The position numbers and the translations under genes are program-made. DNA of 64,000 nt from Gammaproteobacteria bacterium. Its GTDB lineage: Bacteria > Pseudomonadota > Gammaproteobacteria > JBCCGL01. Location of the stretch: contig OZ255836.1 of NCBI GenBank assembly GCA_965277715.1, positions 2,240,001-2,304,000 of the forward strand. The letters run 5' to 3'. The stretch's first letter is position 1, and every line of letters starts with the position of its first letter. A model generated the notes under the pieces. It did not search any database and had not been told where the DNA came from. It saw only the letters and a program-made list of their open reading frames with translations. Positions 62,724 through 64,000 of the stretch are shown here, in pieces.

Positions 62724-62740
62724 CTACTGCGGAAAAACCG
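62724..62740 (+). repeat. Short MITE remnant (family C/D)
   Basis: ctactgcggaaaaaccg identical to 59051-59067. Confidence 0.55.
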
Positions 62741-62817
62741 GTGTTGTACCAACCGACACAAGCGACATCGACCACTGATCTCTACACCTGACTACATAAG
62801 TAAAAAAACAACTCACT

Positions 62818-64000
62818 ATGCGCATATCACAGTTTCATCTCACCACGATTAAGGAAACCCCCGCTGACGCTGAAATCATCAGCCATAAGCTGATGCTGCG
62901 CGCCGGGCTGATCAAACGGCTGTCCTCTGGTTTGTATAGCTGGATGCCATTGGGCATGCGTGTCATGCGCAAGGTGGAAGCCATCGTTCGCGAGGAGATG
63001 AACGTGGCTGGCGCCGTCGAACTGCTGATGCCCGCCGTACAACCGGCCGATTTATGGGAAGAATCGGGTCGCTGGAGCCAGTTCGGCCCCGAGTTGCTGC
63101 GCTTTAAAGACCGGGGCCATCGCGACTGCTGCCTTGGCCCCACCCACGAGGAGGTCGTCACCGACATCGCCCGCCGCGATATAAAAAGCTATAAGCAACT
63201 GCCCGTTAACTTTTACCAGATCCAAACAAAATTCCGTGATGAAATCCGCCCACGGTTTGGCGTCATGCGCTCACGCGAATTTATTATGAAAGACGCCTAC
63301 TCATTTGGCATCAATCAGGCGGCACTCAAGCAATCATTTGAGTCGATGTATACCGCCTACAGCACAATCTTTACCCGCCTTGGCCTGACCTTTCGCGCTG
63401 TCGAGGCTGACAGTGGCGCAATTGGTGGCAGTGGTTCCAAGGAATTTCACGTACTGGCAGACAGTGGTGAAGATGCCGTGGTGTTTTCCACTGAAGGTGA
63501 GTACGCCGCCAATATAGAAAAGGCCGAAGCCGTGTGCAGTGACACACGCGGTGAGCCAGAGGGGGCCATGCACTTGGTGGATACGCCGGATGCAAAGACT
63601 ATCGCCAGCCTGGTTGAACAATTTCAGTTGCCAATTGAGCGCACCGTAAAAACACTGATAGTGGCAGCATCGGATGAAGTCGACAGCAATCTTATCGCTC
63701 TATTAGTGCGCGGCGACCATGAACTCAACGAGGTTAAAGCGGGCAACCTGCGCGATGTGGCGAGCCCATTGCGTTTTGCTGAAGAGGCCGAAATCCGTGC
63801 TGCTATCGGCGCTGGCCCTGGCTCACTGGGGCCGGTCAACCTGCCCATTCCCTGCGTTGTCGATCACAGCGTGGCGGCAATGGCGAATTTTGGGGCAGGC
63901 GCCAATATCGACCACAAACACTATTTTAATATTAACTGGGGCCGCGATTTACCCGAACCGCAAACGGCAGATTTGCGCAATGTTGTCGACGGGGACCCCA
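62818..64000 (+). CDS. proS: Proline--tRNA ligase (partial, runs off window end)
   Basis: [55 protein letters not shown]. Confidence 0.97.
   Translation, partial: MRISQFHLTTIKETPADAEIISHKLMLRAGLIKRLSSGLYSWMPLGMRVMRKVEAIVREEMNVAGAVELLMPAVQPADLWEESGRWSQFGPELLRFKDRGHRDCCLGPTHEEVVTDIARRDIKSYKQLPVNFYQIQTKFRDEIRPRFGVMRSREFIMKDAYSFGINQAALKQSFESMYTAYSTIFTRLGLTFRAVEADSGAIGGSGSKEFHVLADSGEDAVVFSTEGEYAANIEKAEAVCSDTRGEPEGAMHLVDTPDAKTIASLVEQFQLPIERTVKTLIVAASDEVDSNLIALLVRGDHELNEVKAGNLRDVASPLRFAEEAEIRAAIGAGPGSLGPVNLPIPCVVDHSVAAMANFGAGANIDHKHYFNINWGRDLPEPQTADLRNVVDGDP

Overview
A 64-kb chromosomal window from a bacterium that is most likely a marine Gammaproteobacterium (inferred from crp-trpC-trpD, birA-coaX-SPOR, rplM-rpsI-tRNA-Gln and bamC/bcp/perM gene orders). 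Housekeeping genes (adk, glnS, proS, rplM/rpsI, trpCD, folE2, bamC) are interleaved with a dispersed methylated-amine/C1 toolkit: two non-pyrrolysine MttB-family methyltransferases, two GlxA/GbdR-type regulators, frmA, a polyamine-type ABC transporter and an amine oxidase-cupin-AEC operon. There is also a Zur-regulated znuABC and a TRAP transporter with a very long DctM. The most unusual layer is intergenic. At least four families of small palindromic, MITE-like elements share or swap modules, several start at CTAG, and they repeatedly sit beside nuclease or toxin-antitoxin cargo (two Rpn-type nucleases, Uma2, three or more TA remnants). A spacer-less 47-bp tandem array is present. The rplM-osmC/crp spacer looks like an sRNA locus: an anti-SD CCUCC RNA on one strand and a CrcZ-like AANAANAA RNA on the other. 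No CRISPR array, prophage or intact transposase was seen. All calls come from reading the sequence and recalling protein families; no searches were run.
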